A DNA stretch of 62,543 nt, counting the filler, from Chiloscyllium plagiosum (Eukaryota): NCBI RefSeq assembly GCF_004010195.1. It is 3 parts of one record of this genome, joined end to end, with 100 filler letters (N's around TTAATTAATTAA, not from the genome) between each part and the next. Parts side by side here need not be neighbours in the genome. Positions count along the whole stretch, not along the records: positions 31,909 to 47,651 come from NC_057710.1; positions 47,752 to 62,543 come from NC_057710.1; 1 more part is not named here. One strand, 5' to 3'. This document shows, in pieces, positions 37,866 to 49,914 of this stretch. Each line of letters opens with the position of its first letter. Within the stretch, counting starts at the first letter, position 1. Under the pieces are notes generated by a model. The model saw only the letters and a list, made by a program, of their open reading frames with translations. It did no database searches and was not told where the DNA came from. Made by a program: the position numbers and the translations under genes.

Positions 37866-38011
37866 GATCCACTTAGTGTCAGACGTCTGGATGGGGCAGG
37901 AATTGTAAGAAGCATCCAGGAAAAGTTTCTAGAGCAGTATGTCAGTAGTCCAACTAGGGAAGGCTCCATATTGGCTCCATATTGGAATAAGCCAGGCCAG
38001 GTGGTAGAAGG

Positions 38012-38224
38012 GGGGGAAAGTGAGGACTGCAGATTCTGGAGGTCAGAGCTGAAAATGTGTTGCTGGAAAAGCGCAGCAGGTCAGGCAGCATCCAAGGAGC
38101 AGGAGAATCGACGTTTCGGGCATGAGCCCTTCTTCCTGAAGAAGGGCTCATGCCCGAAACGTCGATTCTCCTGCTCCTTGGATGCTGCCTGACCTGCTGC
38201 GCTTTTCCAGCAACACGTTTTCAG
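38012..38224. mobile_element. About 213-bp foldback PLE-derived mini-element with a 14-bp TSD
   Basis: CAGGTGGTAGAAGG at 37998-38011 and 38225-38238; near-perfect palindrome centred at about 38136. Confidence 0.92.
38132..38167 (+). ncRNA. Minimal hammerhead motif (family A, intact core) in the foldback arm
   Basis: cttc CTGAAGA A GGGC TCAT GCCC GAAA C GTC gatt. Confidence 0.7.
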
Positions 38225-39545
38225 CAGGTGGTAGAAGGTGCAGTGGGGGATTACTTTGGGAACAGTGACCACAATTCTGTAAATTTTAGAATACTTGGAG
38301 ACAAAGATGAGAGTGGTCCTAAGGGAAGAGTACTAAACTGCACCAAGGCCAATTATATCAAAATTCGGCAGTAACTGAGAAATGTGGATTGGGGGCAGCT
38401 ATTTGAAGGGAAGTCCACATTTGATACCTTTCAAAGATAGGTTAAAGATAGTGCAGGATAGGCATGTCCCTTTGAAATTAAGGAAAGGCAAGACTCATGA
38501 ACTGTGGGTGACAGGAGAAGTTGTGCGACTAGCCAAGAGGAAAGGGAAGCGTACATAAGGTCCAGGTAGCTAAGAACAGAATGGGCCTTGGGGGAATATT
38601 GGGAGAGTAGGACCAATCTTAAATGAGGAATCAAGTGGACTAAAAGGGGTCATGAAATAGCTTTAGCGAGCAGAATTAAGGAGAATCCCAAGGCCTTTTA
38701 TTCATATATAAGAAGCAAGAGGGTAACTAGAAAAAGGGTTGGTCCACTAAAGGATAAGGAAGCAAGGTTTTGTGTCAAACCTGAGAAAATGTGTGAGATT
38801 CTCAATGATTACTTTGCACCAGTGTTCACTGAGGAATGGGAAGTGATGAATGTTGAGATTAGAGACAGATTTACTCTGGATCACATTGACATAAGGTGGG
38901 AGAATGTGTTGGATAGGCTAAAGGATATTAAGGTGGACAAATCCCAGGTTGCTGAGGGAGGTGAAAGAGGAAATAGCTGGTGCCCGGACAGATATCTTTG
39001 TAGCATCATTAAACACAGGTGAAGTGCCGGAGGATTGGAGAGTTGCTAATGTTGTCCCCCTGTTCAAGAAGGGTAGTAGGAATATTCCAGGTAACTACTG
39101 ACCAGTGAGCCTGACGTCAGTGTTGGGAAAGTTGCTGGAGAAGGTAATGAGGGATAGCTTCTATTTATATTTGGAAGAGAATGGGCTTATTAGTGATAGG
39201 CAACATGGTTTTGCATGGGGGAGATCATGCCTTACCAAATTAATAGAGTTCTTTGAGGAAGTGACCAAGTTGATAGATAAAGGAAGGGCTGTAGACATCA
39301 TATACCTGGACTTTAGTAAAGCGTTTGATAAGGTTTCCCACAGTAAACTAATGGAGAAAGTGAAGTCAAATGGTGTGCAGGGTGTTCTAGTTAGGTGGAT
39401 AAAGAACTAGTTGAGCAACAGGAGACAGAGAGTAGTAGTTGAAGGGAGTTTCTTGAAATGGAGAAAGGTGACCAGTGGTGTTCCCCAGGGATCAGTGTTG
39501 GGGCCACTGTTGTTTGTGATATACATAAATGATCTGGAAGAGGGC

Positions 39546-39835
39546 ATCTGTCTCTAATCTCAACATTCATTGTGTCCCTCTCCTCAGTGAACACTGATGC
39601 AAAGTAATCATTGAGAATCTCACCCATTTTCTCAGATTTGACACACAACCTTCCTTCCTTATCCTTTAGTGGACGAACCCTATTTCTAGTTACCCTCTTG
39701 CTTCTTATATATGAATAAAAGGCCTTGGGAATTTCCTAAATTCTGCTCACTAAAATTATTTCATGACCCCTTTTAGTCACCTTGATTCCTCATTTAAGAT
39801 TGGTCCTACTCTCCCAATATTCCCCCAAGGCCCAT
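39546..39835 (-). repeat. Inverted duplicate of 38581-38870 inserted in the same CR1
   Basis: Reverse complement begins atgggccttgggggaatattgggagagtaggacc and ends gttgagattagagacagat, matching 38581-38870. Confidence 0.9.
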
Positions 39836-42229
39836 ATCAGAACAGTTTGCAGATGACACGAAGATTGGTAGAGTAGCAGAAAGCATAGGGGACTGTCAAA
39901 GAATACAGGAGAATATAGATGGAGTGGAGAGTTGGGCAGAGAAGTGGCAGATGGAATTCAATCCAGGCAAATGTGAGATGATGCATTTTGGGAAGTCTAA
40001 TTCTAGAGCAAACTATACAGTAAATGGAAGAGCCTTGGGAAAAGTTGATGAGCAGAGAGGTCTGGGAGTTCAGGTCCATTGTACCATGAAGGTTTCTGCA
40101 CAGGTGGATAGAGTGGTCAAGAAGGCATATGGTATGCTTGCTTTCATTGGACGGGGTTTAAGTATCAGAGTGGCAGGTCATGTTAAAATTGTACAAGACT
40201 TTGGTTCAGCCGCATTTAGAATACTGTGTACAGTTCTGGTTGCCACATTAGCAATAGAATGTGGACGCTTTGAAGAGGGTGTAGAGAAGGTTTATGAGGA
40301 TGTTACTTGGCATGGAAGGTGCTAGCTATGAAAAGAAGTTGAGTAGGTTAGGATTATTTTCATTAGAAAAGAGGAGATTGAAGAGGACCTGATTAATGTC
40401 TACACAGGGCAAGTACTTTACACAGAGAGTGGTAGGCATCTGAAACATATTGCCAGCAGAGGTAGTAGAGGCAGGCACAGAGATTCATTTAAGATGCATC
40501 TGGACAGATGCATGAGTAGGTGGGAAGCAGAGGGATACAGATGCTTAGGAATTGGGCAAAAGGTTTAGACAGTAGGTTTGGATTGGCGCAGACTTGGAGG
40601 GCCGAACGGCCTGTTCTTGAGCTGTAATTTTTCTTTGTTCTTTGTTTTTAACTGGGCAATAAGTGCTGACTTAGCCAATGATAGTCACATCGCCTTAAAA
40701 AAGTTCATCTGTAGCCAATAGCACAAAAAGACATTTGTAATGAATATCCAAATGGATCCAACTGCTTTTCGATTGTAACCAGCTTTCATTTCAGAAAATC
40801 TTCTTGAGCTAGGTATCTAAAAGCTGCTGATTGACAGATGAGAGCTGTAGCTATGATGTCTCTCCTACCTTTACTAAAGCAGCACGATGCCAACTATCAC
40901 AAATGTCAGTGTAAAGAAACAGGGTGATACACCACAGAAGGAGAACACTTGTTAAAGGTAACACATTCATGCTGGTTTTCATTAATTAACCCATAGTTTT
41001 CCAAGGCTTAATTAATTTAGGCCTTTTTGTATTATTGTGTCTAGACATTTTATCCCTTGCTACTTGTGAAATGTGGGTACAATATTTGCATTATATTTGC
41101 ACTCAGACACAATCCTTATAGTTACAGAGTATTGGGTGTTACAAATGCAAAATACTGTAGATGTTGAAAATCTGAAATAAAAAGAATGAGAAAATGCTGG
41201 AAAATTTGAGCAGCCAGGTAATACTTGACCAGAGGAACAGAACTTAATTTAGTATTAAATCTCTATACCTTCAGTCACTCGAGCTCGAACCTTGGATAAC
41301 CTTCCTTTCCTTCCGATGGGAATGTCCCTTTTCAGTACCCGAACTATCTCCGCAGGCATTGCTCATTTAATATTTCACCAGTCAATCTTTGATTCTGTTA
41401 CACTTTGACCTAATTCCTTTTACACTCAGTCTAGTCTACTTTCCTCCAGCTACTCTTAAAATAAATGATATATTGATTGCTGTTTCTCTAATGCTTTTGC
41501 AGTAAAGCAATCTTCACTTGCCCCCTTTTTTAACCTCACAGTGAGTGGTATGGGTCTGGAATTTACTGCATGGATGTGTAGCGGATGCAGGTTCAAAAGA
41601 GGAATTCAAAAGTGAACCAGATGATTATTTAAATAGAAGTAATGCACAGGGATATAGGGAAAGAGCAGGCGAATAATAATAAGTTCTTGAACTTACCTCT
41701 GAACAGCTGAGCGCTGGTACGGAGCTGGGGACTTTGAGTGGAGTAGGACTAGGACCTGGTGTGGGTGGCCAGACCACATGTGGAGGAACTGCGCTGAGCT
41801 GCTACGTTGTAATGTTTAATTGAATTGTTTGTTTAACCTAACTGTAATGTCAATCCTTTAACCATGTCTTATTTCTATCTTATTTTTTAAACTCTGTAAA
41901 TTCATGCAACGACTTTGTATTCATCTTTTGTTTCCAAGATTTGTACCAAGGTACTTGTACCTAAGACAGCAGACAATATAAAATCTTTTCAGTTTGCTTT
42001 GACAATAAAGAACATTATACTCTATTCTAAAGCCATGATGTTAATTTGGAGAGCTAGTACAGACATGATGAACCAAATGGCCTTATACAACATTGAACAA
42101 AGATTTAGTTGAAATAGATAAATTGTGTTTATTCCCACCCCCCATTCCATCTACAGGAAGTCTCCCTTAAGTCCATTGCAATTATTAGAACAATTTCCCT
42201 TCAGCCTGACTTCAATTACACAATGAATG

Positions 42230-45165
42230 ACGTCACTCCGAGTACTAGCGAAGTGAGGAATAGGGAGATAGAGGAGTTGAACACATGGCTATAGGGGATG
42301 GTGCAGGAGGGAGGGTTTCAGATGCCTGCATAATTGGGGCTCATTCTGGGATAGGTGGGATGTCTACAAACAGGATGGTCTACACTAGTACCAGAAGGGT
42401 ACGAATATCCTGGGGCTGGGGGGGGCGGTGGAGATGGTGATGAGGTTTGTTACTGACATTTGGGAGGGTTTAAACTAATTCAGCAGGGGGATAGAAACCT
42501 AAATTGTAGTTCCAGTGTACAGGAGGTTGACAGTAGTGAGGTCAGAAATATGGTTTCAAGGTTGCGAGAGTTCACTGCCAAGCAGGAAGGTGGTTTGAAG
42601 TGTGTCTACTTCACGCCAGGAGCATAGGGAATATGGTGGGTGAACCTCCAGCATGTGTTTGTACCTGGGACTTCATTGTTGTGGCCATTTTGAAGACATG
42701 GATAGGGCAGGGACAGGAATGGTTGTTGCAGGTTCTGGGATTTAGATGTTTCAGTAAGAACAGGGAAGATGGCAAAAGAGGGGGAGGTATGGCATTGTCA
42801 GTCAAGGACAGTATTACCATGGCAGAAAGGATGTTTGAGGACTCGTCTACTGAGGTAGTATGGGTAAAGTTTGAAGCAAGAAAAGAGAGGCCACCCTGTT
42901 GGGAGTTTTCTATAGGCCTCTGAATACTTCCAGAGATGTAGAGGAAAGGATAGCAAAGACGATTCTGGATAGGGGTGTGAGTAACAGGGTAGTTGTCATT
43001 GGGGACTTTAACTTCCAAACTTTGATTGGAAATGCTATAGTTTGAGTACTTTAGATGGGTGAGTTCTTATCCAGTGTATGCAGGATGGTTTCCTGACACA
43101 GTATGTAGAAAACCAACAAGGGGCTAGGCTACACTGGATTTGGTACTGGGTAATGAACGAGGCTAGGTGTTAGATTTGGAGATAGGTGAGCACTTTGGTG
43201 GTAGTGACTATAATTCAGTTATGTTTAATTTAGCAATGGAAAGAGATAAGTATATAGCATAGGGCAAGAGTTTTTGCTGGGGGAAATACAATTAGGATGA
43301 GACGTGAGGGCTCAGTTAGGGCACTTGAGAGTTACAAATTAGCCAGGAAAGATCTAAAGAGAGAGGTAAGAAGAGCCAGGAGGGTTCATGAGAAGTCATT
43401 GGCAGGTAGGATCAAGGAAAACCCTAAAGCTTTCCATAAGTATATCAGGACTAAAAGAATGATTAGAGAAAGATTAGGGTTGAGAGTGAGGTGAGATTGT
43501 CGAGCCTTTGGCTTTGATCTTTATGTCATCATTGGCTCCAGGAATAGTGCCAGAAGACTGGATGATAGCTAATGTTGTCCCCTTGTTCAAGAAGGGGAGT
43601 AGAGAGAGTCATGGTAATTATAGACCAGTGAGCCTTACTATGGTTGTACGTAAAGTGCTGGAAAAGGTTATAAGAGATGGGATTTATAGGCATCTAGAGA
43701 GAAATAAGTTGATTCGGGATAGTCAACATGATTCTGTGAAGGGTAGGTCGTGCCTCACAAACCACAAACCTGATTGAATTCTTTGAGATGGTGACCAAAC
43801 AGGTGGATGAGGGGAACGTGGTTATTGTGGTGTATATGGATTTCAGTAAAGCACTTGATAAGGTTCCCCATGGTAGGCTATTGCAAAAAATACAGAGGCA
43901 TGGAATTGAGGGTGCTTTAGCAGTTTGGATCAGAATTTGGTTGGCTGAAAGAAGACAGAGGGTGGTGGTTGATGGGAAATGTTCATCCTGGAGTTCAGTT
44001 ACTAGTGGTGTACCGCAAGGATTTGTTTTGGAGCCACTGCTATTTGCTATTTTTATAAATGACCTAGAGGATGGTGTAGAAGGACGGTAAATTTGTAGAT
44101 GACACTAAGGTCAGTGAAGTTGCGGATAGTGCTTAAGGATGTTGCAGGTTACAGAGAGACATAGATAAGCTGCAGAGCTGGGCTGAGAGGTGGCAAATTC
44201 CGTTTAATGCAGAAAAGTATGAGGTGATTCACTTTGGAAGGGGCAACAGGAATAAAGGGTACTGGGCTAGTGGTGAGATTCTCAGTGGTGAAGGTGAACA
44301 GAGAGATCTCGGTATCCATGTATACAGATCCCTAAAAGTTGCCATTCAGGTTGATAAGGTTGTTAAGAAGGCATACAGTGTGTTAGCTTTTATTGGTAGA
44401 AGAATTGAGTTTTGGAGCCACAAGGTCATGCTGCAGCTGTACAAAACAGTGGTGTGGCTACTCTTGGAGTATTGCATGCAGTTCTGCTTAATGGGAAGGA
44501 TGTAGAAGTTTTGGAAGAGTTCAGAGGACATTTACTAGGATGTTGCCTGGTATGGAGGGAAAGTCTTATGAGGAAAGGTTGGGGGACTTGAGGCTGTTTT
44601 CATTAGAGAGAAGAAGGTCGAGAGGCGACTTAATTGAGACATATAAGATAATCAAAGGATTAGATAGGGTGAACAGTGAGAGCCTTTTTCCTTGAATGGT
44701 AATGGCTATCACGAGGGGTCATAGCTTTAAATTGAGGGGTGATAGATGTAGGACAGTTATCAGAGGTTGTTTCTTTACTCAGAGAGTAATAGGGGCATGG
44801 AACGCACTGCCTGCAACATTAGTAGAATTGCCAACTTTAAGGAGAAAGTGAGGACTGCAGATGCTGGAGATCAGAGTCAAAAGTGTGGTGCTAGAAAAGC
44901 ATAGCAGGTCAGGAAGGGTCCTAATGAAGGGCTTTTGCCTGAAACATTGATTCTCCTGCTCCTCAGATGCTGTCTGACCTGCTGTGCTTTTCTAGCACCA
45001 CACTCTTGACTCACCAACATTAAGGCTATTTAAATGGTCATTGGATAAGCATTTGGATGAAAATGGAATAGTGTAGGATAAATGGGGTTTGGATTGCTTC
45101 CACAGGTTGGCGCAGCATCAAGGGTTGAAGGGCCTGTACTGCGCTGTAATATTCTATGTTCTATG
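42230..45165 (+). mobile_element. CR1 LINE: ORF1 esterase end, APE and RT, internally deleted
   Basis: DRWDVYKQDGLH; ARSIGN; VVIGDFN; IKENPKAF; GVPQG; tail ttctatgttctatg. Confidence 0.93.
44843..45013. mobile_element. About 170-bp asymmetric foldback PLE-derived mini-element with an imperfect 12-bp TSD
   Basis: CCAACTTTAAGG (44831-44842) and CCAACATTAAGG (45014-45025); degenerate hammerhead at about 44920-44952. Confidence 0.85.
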
Positions 45166-45871
45166 TCCTCCAAACCAATCACAGTTAGCTTTAATCACTT
45201 GGGAGCCAGCTTATTATTATTCTGTGTAGACATGTTTGACAGCAGTCCTCAGTGGCCTGCAGTCTTCTCCTACAGGGGAAATAAAGGCAGTAAAATCAAT
45301 TCTGCTACAACAAATTCACTATTTGTCAAAAAATAATATCAATAAACATTTTACTGCTGCATTTCTTTGGTGTATCTATCATCCTAACATTGACAATCTT
45401 GTGTACGAGAATAATTTTCACTCTGAGTTGCAAGGATAATTTTTCAATAAAATTGTTTTTTAATGAAGAAATACACCCAAAGAGCATATAAACAAATGTT
45501 AATCATTGGGAAATGCACAGGGTTATAACCTGAATTTAAATTTTGAATCTAATCAATTTTACAATGAAACAAGACAAGAATTAGAAATTGATTTAGTGAT
45601 TTATTTTGCCACATCATATGTATGGATTAGACTGTGTGTTAATATATATATTAATCTAATTCAAAAATTAAAAACTTACCGAATGTAAGTTGAAAGAGAC
45701 TGGGCAAGGAAAGAAAAAGTCAAAGTAGGAAACGTACTGTTAGTGGGGTAGGAACAGTCTGAAACAATGGCCCTGCTAGGTCAGTTTAATTTGTGGACCC
45801 CAGAAGGAGGTGGTTATCCAGAAACACTCAATACCAACCCCACACAGTATTTTCCAGAAATTGGGAGATAT

Positions 45872-46150
45872 AGTGAGGTGCTGGAAAAACACAGCAGGTC
45901 AGGCAGCATCCGAAGAGGAGGAGAATCAACGTTTTGAGCATGTTCTTCATCAGGTATTAGGCTTGTGGGCCGTGGGGCTGAGAGATAAATGGGGGGGGGG
46001 GGGGGGCAGGGAGATGAGAATACAATAGGTAGATGAAGGTAGGGGAGAAGGCGATAGTTCAGAGAGGAGAGTGAATTGGATAGATGGGAAAGGTGATGAA
46101 CAGGTCAGGAGGGCAGTGCCAAGTTGGAGACTTGGGAGTGTGGTAATGTG
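45872..46150 (-). mobile_element. PLE terminal fragment
   Basis: gtgctggaaaaacacagcaggtcaggcagcatccg... followed by the purine-rich spacer. Confidence 0.8.
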
Positions 46151-46715
46151 GGGGGTTGAAGGGTATATATATTTGGATCGAAGGGTCTGTTTCCATGCTG
46201 TACATCTCTATGGCTCTATATGTTCTTTTAATGATTCTTCTCAACTCGAAATGGTTGCCAACTTCAATAATGTGTGCACATATACCCCTGTTCTTCCTGT
46301 TTTTGCACTCTTCAGAATTGTATCTTTTCGTTTATTTAACATTTTCTTATTCTTCCTAGTTGACTATATCACTTGGCATGCCTCCTCATTAAATTCCATC
46401 ACTCACATCCTTGTCCATTAAACAGCCTATCTATGTCCTTAAAAGGTCGACCACTATACTCCCCACGGGCAATATTACCAGGTGATATCATCTGCAAATT
46501 CCAAAATTGAGGACTGGACACCAAGAACAAAACTAAATCATTAACAATGAGGTGCTTCACTGTCCATTTTTCCATTTGCAAACAACCACTTACCACTACC
46601 TTGTTCCCTACCAATCAACAACATACATCCATTTGGCCACTATGCTTTTGATTTCGTAGTCTTCAGTTTTGTAACAAGTATTTATTTTTAGATTTGTTCA
46701 TGGGATGTGGGGATT

Positions 46716-46932
46716 GATTAGATTACCTACAGTATGGAAACAGGCCCTGAGGCCCAACAAGTCCACACCAATCCTCCAAAGTGTAGCCCACCCAGACCCA
46801 TTCCCCTCCCCTATATTTACCCCTGACTAATGCACCTAACACTGTGGGCAATTTAGCTTGGCCAATTCACCTAACCTGCACAATTTTGGATTGTGGGAGG
46901 AAACCAGAGCACCCGGAAGAAACCCACGCAGC
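46716..46932 (-). mobile_element. HE1-type SINE, 3' half
   Basis: ctacagtatggaaacaggccc...ggcaatttagcttggccaattcacctaacctgcac...gtgggaggaaacc. Confidence 0.85.
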
Positions 46933-46939
46933 TTGTTAT

Positions 46940-47640
46940 TATCAATCTTCTTATCCGAGGAACCAATGTAGTGAACCTTCACTGCATTAACTTCAAGTAG
47001 ATCCCTAAACATAGAGGCCAAAATTTCACACAATACTGCTGATGTGGTCTTAACAAAGCCCTGAAGAATTATTGCAAGACTTCTTTATTCTTATACTCAT
47101 AAACTATTGCAATAGAGGCCATTACATTTGCCTTCCTAATTGCCTGCTGAACTGTGCAAGCTAACTTTCTATATGAGTGCATCCAAGTATCTCTGAACAT
47201 CACTTTAAAGTTTTAAACATGTCAAAAAATATTCTGCTTTTCTATTCTAATGATCAAAATGAATAACCTCACTATTGTTTGCTCACTTAATTACATCTAT
47301 CTCAGGCAGCCTCCCGTGTTTTCCTCACAACTTGAAATTCGACCTAGTTTTGTATGATCAGCAAACTTAGATGCATTAACTTCTGCTCTCTTTGTCTAAG
47401 TCATTAATATAAAGTATAAGTAGCTGAGAACCAGCAATGATCCTTTTGGCATTTCACTAGACACAGCTTGCCAACACAAAAATGCTACATTTATGCCATT
47501 TTTTTTCCTGTTCATTAACTAATCCTCCAGCCAAGCTAATATGTTACCCCAACTCTATTAGTCATTTCTTGCTGATTAACTTTGGTGTAGTACTTGATTG
47601 ATTGTTTTCAGGAAATTCATGTATACTACATCTCCTATGC
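46940..47640 (-). mobile_element. Old CR1 RT fragment
   Basis: Reverse strand shows SKFADHTK and YCEILAS remnants. Confidence 0.7.
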
Positions 47641-47651
47641 TAACCCTACTT

Positions 47652-47751
47652 NNNNNNNNNNNNNNNNNNNNNNNNNNNNNNNNNNNNNNNNNNNNTTAAT
47701 TAATTAANNNNNNNNNNNNNNNNNNNNNNNNNNNNNNNNNNNNNNNNNNNN
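47652..47751. other. Synthetic scaffolding linker N44-TTAATTAATTAA-N44
   Basis: Same structure as 31809-31908. Confidence 0.95.
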
Positions 47752-47900
47752 GTGCGGGGTTGTGGGACTATGAGGTTGGAGGCAGTGGATGGGAGATCCC
47801 CTGAGGTGATGAGGTTATGGATGGTCTGGGAGATGATGGTTTGGTGGTGGGAGGTGGGGTCATGGTCAAGGGGGCAGTAGGAGGAGGTGTCCACGAGCTG
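47752..47900 (-). mobile_element. PLE RT N-terminal fragment cut by a gap
   Basis: DTSSYCPLDHDPTSHHQTIISQTIHNLITSGDLPSTASNLIVPQPR. Confidence 0.8.
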
Positions 47901-48584
47901 GTGTTTAGCCTTAGCGGTGTAAATAAATGACCACTGCCCAGTCTGGTGACAAAGAGTTCAAGAACATGACAGAAATTTAGCCCGGTCATGCCTCAGACAT
48001 GAAGGTGGAGGGGCCTTTCCACATTGAGCAATCCAGTCCACACCCAAGTTCTTCCTCTCCCTTGGCTTCTTCATCAAGAATGTTCTCACCACCCCCTTCA
48101 GGACTTACTCCCTTCCCCTTCTGTCTGTTTGCCTAACTCTAAGATTTATAATCTGGGGGCTGCTTGTCATCCCAGTCCGAGCCATTGCTCTATAAGTATG
48201 ACTGGGACATTCAGATTAGCCAGGAGCTCACTGAGGCAGATGACCAGAAGCTCCACCTCCAAAGAATTAATGCTCCAGTGTTGAGTTGATTGGAGTTAGA
48301 TAATGCTTCCGCTGACCCTTCAAGTGATGAAATGGGAAACATTGTCTTTGCCTTTTGGAAAATCCTGCCCATGTCTTACATTTTTGTGAATTATAACATT
48401 GAATTGAAGACTCACTTGGCAACACCACGTTCTATTTTGAATGAAGGTAGCAGTCAGTGAGCACGATAGAAATATTTAACTTAAATAGTTTATGCAAAAG
48501 CCATCACGAAATGTTATTATGGAAAGATTTTGATGTTAGAAGGTGGGATGTGGAGCTGGTTCTTTGCAGCTAGTACCGACCCAT

Positions 48585-48880
48585 GGAGTCATAGAGTTAT
48601 AGAGATGTACAGCACAGAAACAGACCCTCGCTTCACCTTGTCCATGCTGACCAGATATTCTCAATAAATCTAGTCCCATCTGCCAGCACTTGGACCATAC
48701 TCCTCTAAACCCTTCCTATTCATATACCCATCCAAATGCCGTTTAAATGTTGCAATTGTATCAGCCTCCATCACTTCCTCTGGCATCTTATTCCATACAT
48801 GCACCACCCTTTATGTACCAGTTGCCCCAGATCTCTTTTAAATCTTTCCTCACTCATCTTAAACCTATCCCCTCTAGTTC
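48585..48880 (-). mobile_element. CR1 3' end
   Basis: Reverse complement resembles 11830-12125. Confidence 0.85.
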
Positions 48881-49914
48881 GCTGTTGCAAATGATTAGTA
48901 TCTGTTATACTTGTATTACCTAAAACTAACGTATTATTGGATGTATAAAAACTTTTTTTAAGATACCATTATCTATTATTCAAGGACTCCACCCCCAGTG
49001 TACAATATATACAAAATATATGTAATGTATAAAGGGTCAAAGCATAGGAAAGCCATCTGCTGCAGCACTGCTGCTGCATTGTTTGACCATTGAATGCTAA
49101 TCATCTGTGAGGCACGGTGTTGAAAATCAATATCTTTTCCTGTGGTAGGGAGCTTCATCTAACTTCAGAGCTGCGAAATACAAAATTTAAGAATATTTTC
49201 AGTGATTGTAACATTCTTACAATCATTCCTACTCCTGGGGAAGTGATGACTTAGCGGTATTATTGCTCGATTATTAATCCAGAAACTCAGCTAATGTTCT
49301 GTAGACCCAGGATCGAATACGCCATGGAGAAATTTTAATTAAATAAATGATATGCGAAATTGAGGTTTTACTGAAGGCCATGAAAATATTGTCATAGTTG
49401 GAAAAATCCATCTGGTTCACTCATGTGAAATCTGCCACCCTTCTCTGGTCTGGCCAACATGTGTGACTCCAGACCCACAGCAACGGGGGTCAACTGCCTG
49501 CTGAAATGGCCTAGTCAACCATTCAGTCGCATCAATCACTATAAAGTCTCGACAAAGAAATGAAACCTGATTGATCAGTTGGCATCAAACTTGACCCAGA
49601 AAAGACAACAGCAAAAACAACCCTGTCGACCCTGCAAAGGCCACCTGACTAATATCTGGAAGATAGTGCAGCAAGGGCAGCAGATACATGGAACACCACT
49701 GCCTTCAAGTTCTCTTCCAAGCTTCTCACCATCCTGACTTGGAAATATCTTGCCATTCCTTCACTGTCACTGGGACAAAATCCTGGAATTCCCTCCCTAA
49801 TAGCATTGTGGGTCAACTTACAGGAGCTCACCAGCACCTTCTCAAGGGCAATTAGGGACGGCAATAAATGCTGGCCGTCCAACAAGGCCCGCATCCCACA
49901 AGTGAATAGATTTT

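Larger units (their letters stand above)
35545..40630 (+). mobile_element. CR1 ORF2 (APE and RT) interrupted by two PLE insertions and an inverted duplication
   Basis: SSEALWVELRNKNG...YYRPPN; GNSDHNSV; QHGF..GRSCLT..DFSKAFDKV; tail ttctttgttctttg. Confidence 0.93.

Noticed and set aside
37197..38192. 331-aa ORF, the longest in the window
   Set aside because: A chimeric read-through of antisense PLE RT, the inverted arm, CR1 and a foldback insert; not a gene.
40867..45700. Minus-strand donor-like sites AAG|GTAGG (40868) and TCG|GTAAGT (about 45679) as upstream UT exons
   Set aside because: No convincing acceptor or ORF, such motifs arise by chance, and they lie beyond a synthetic gap.
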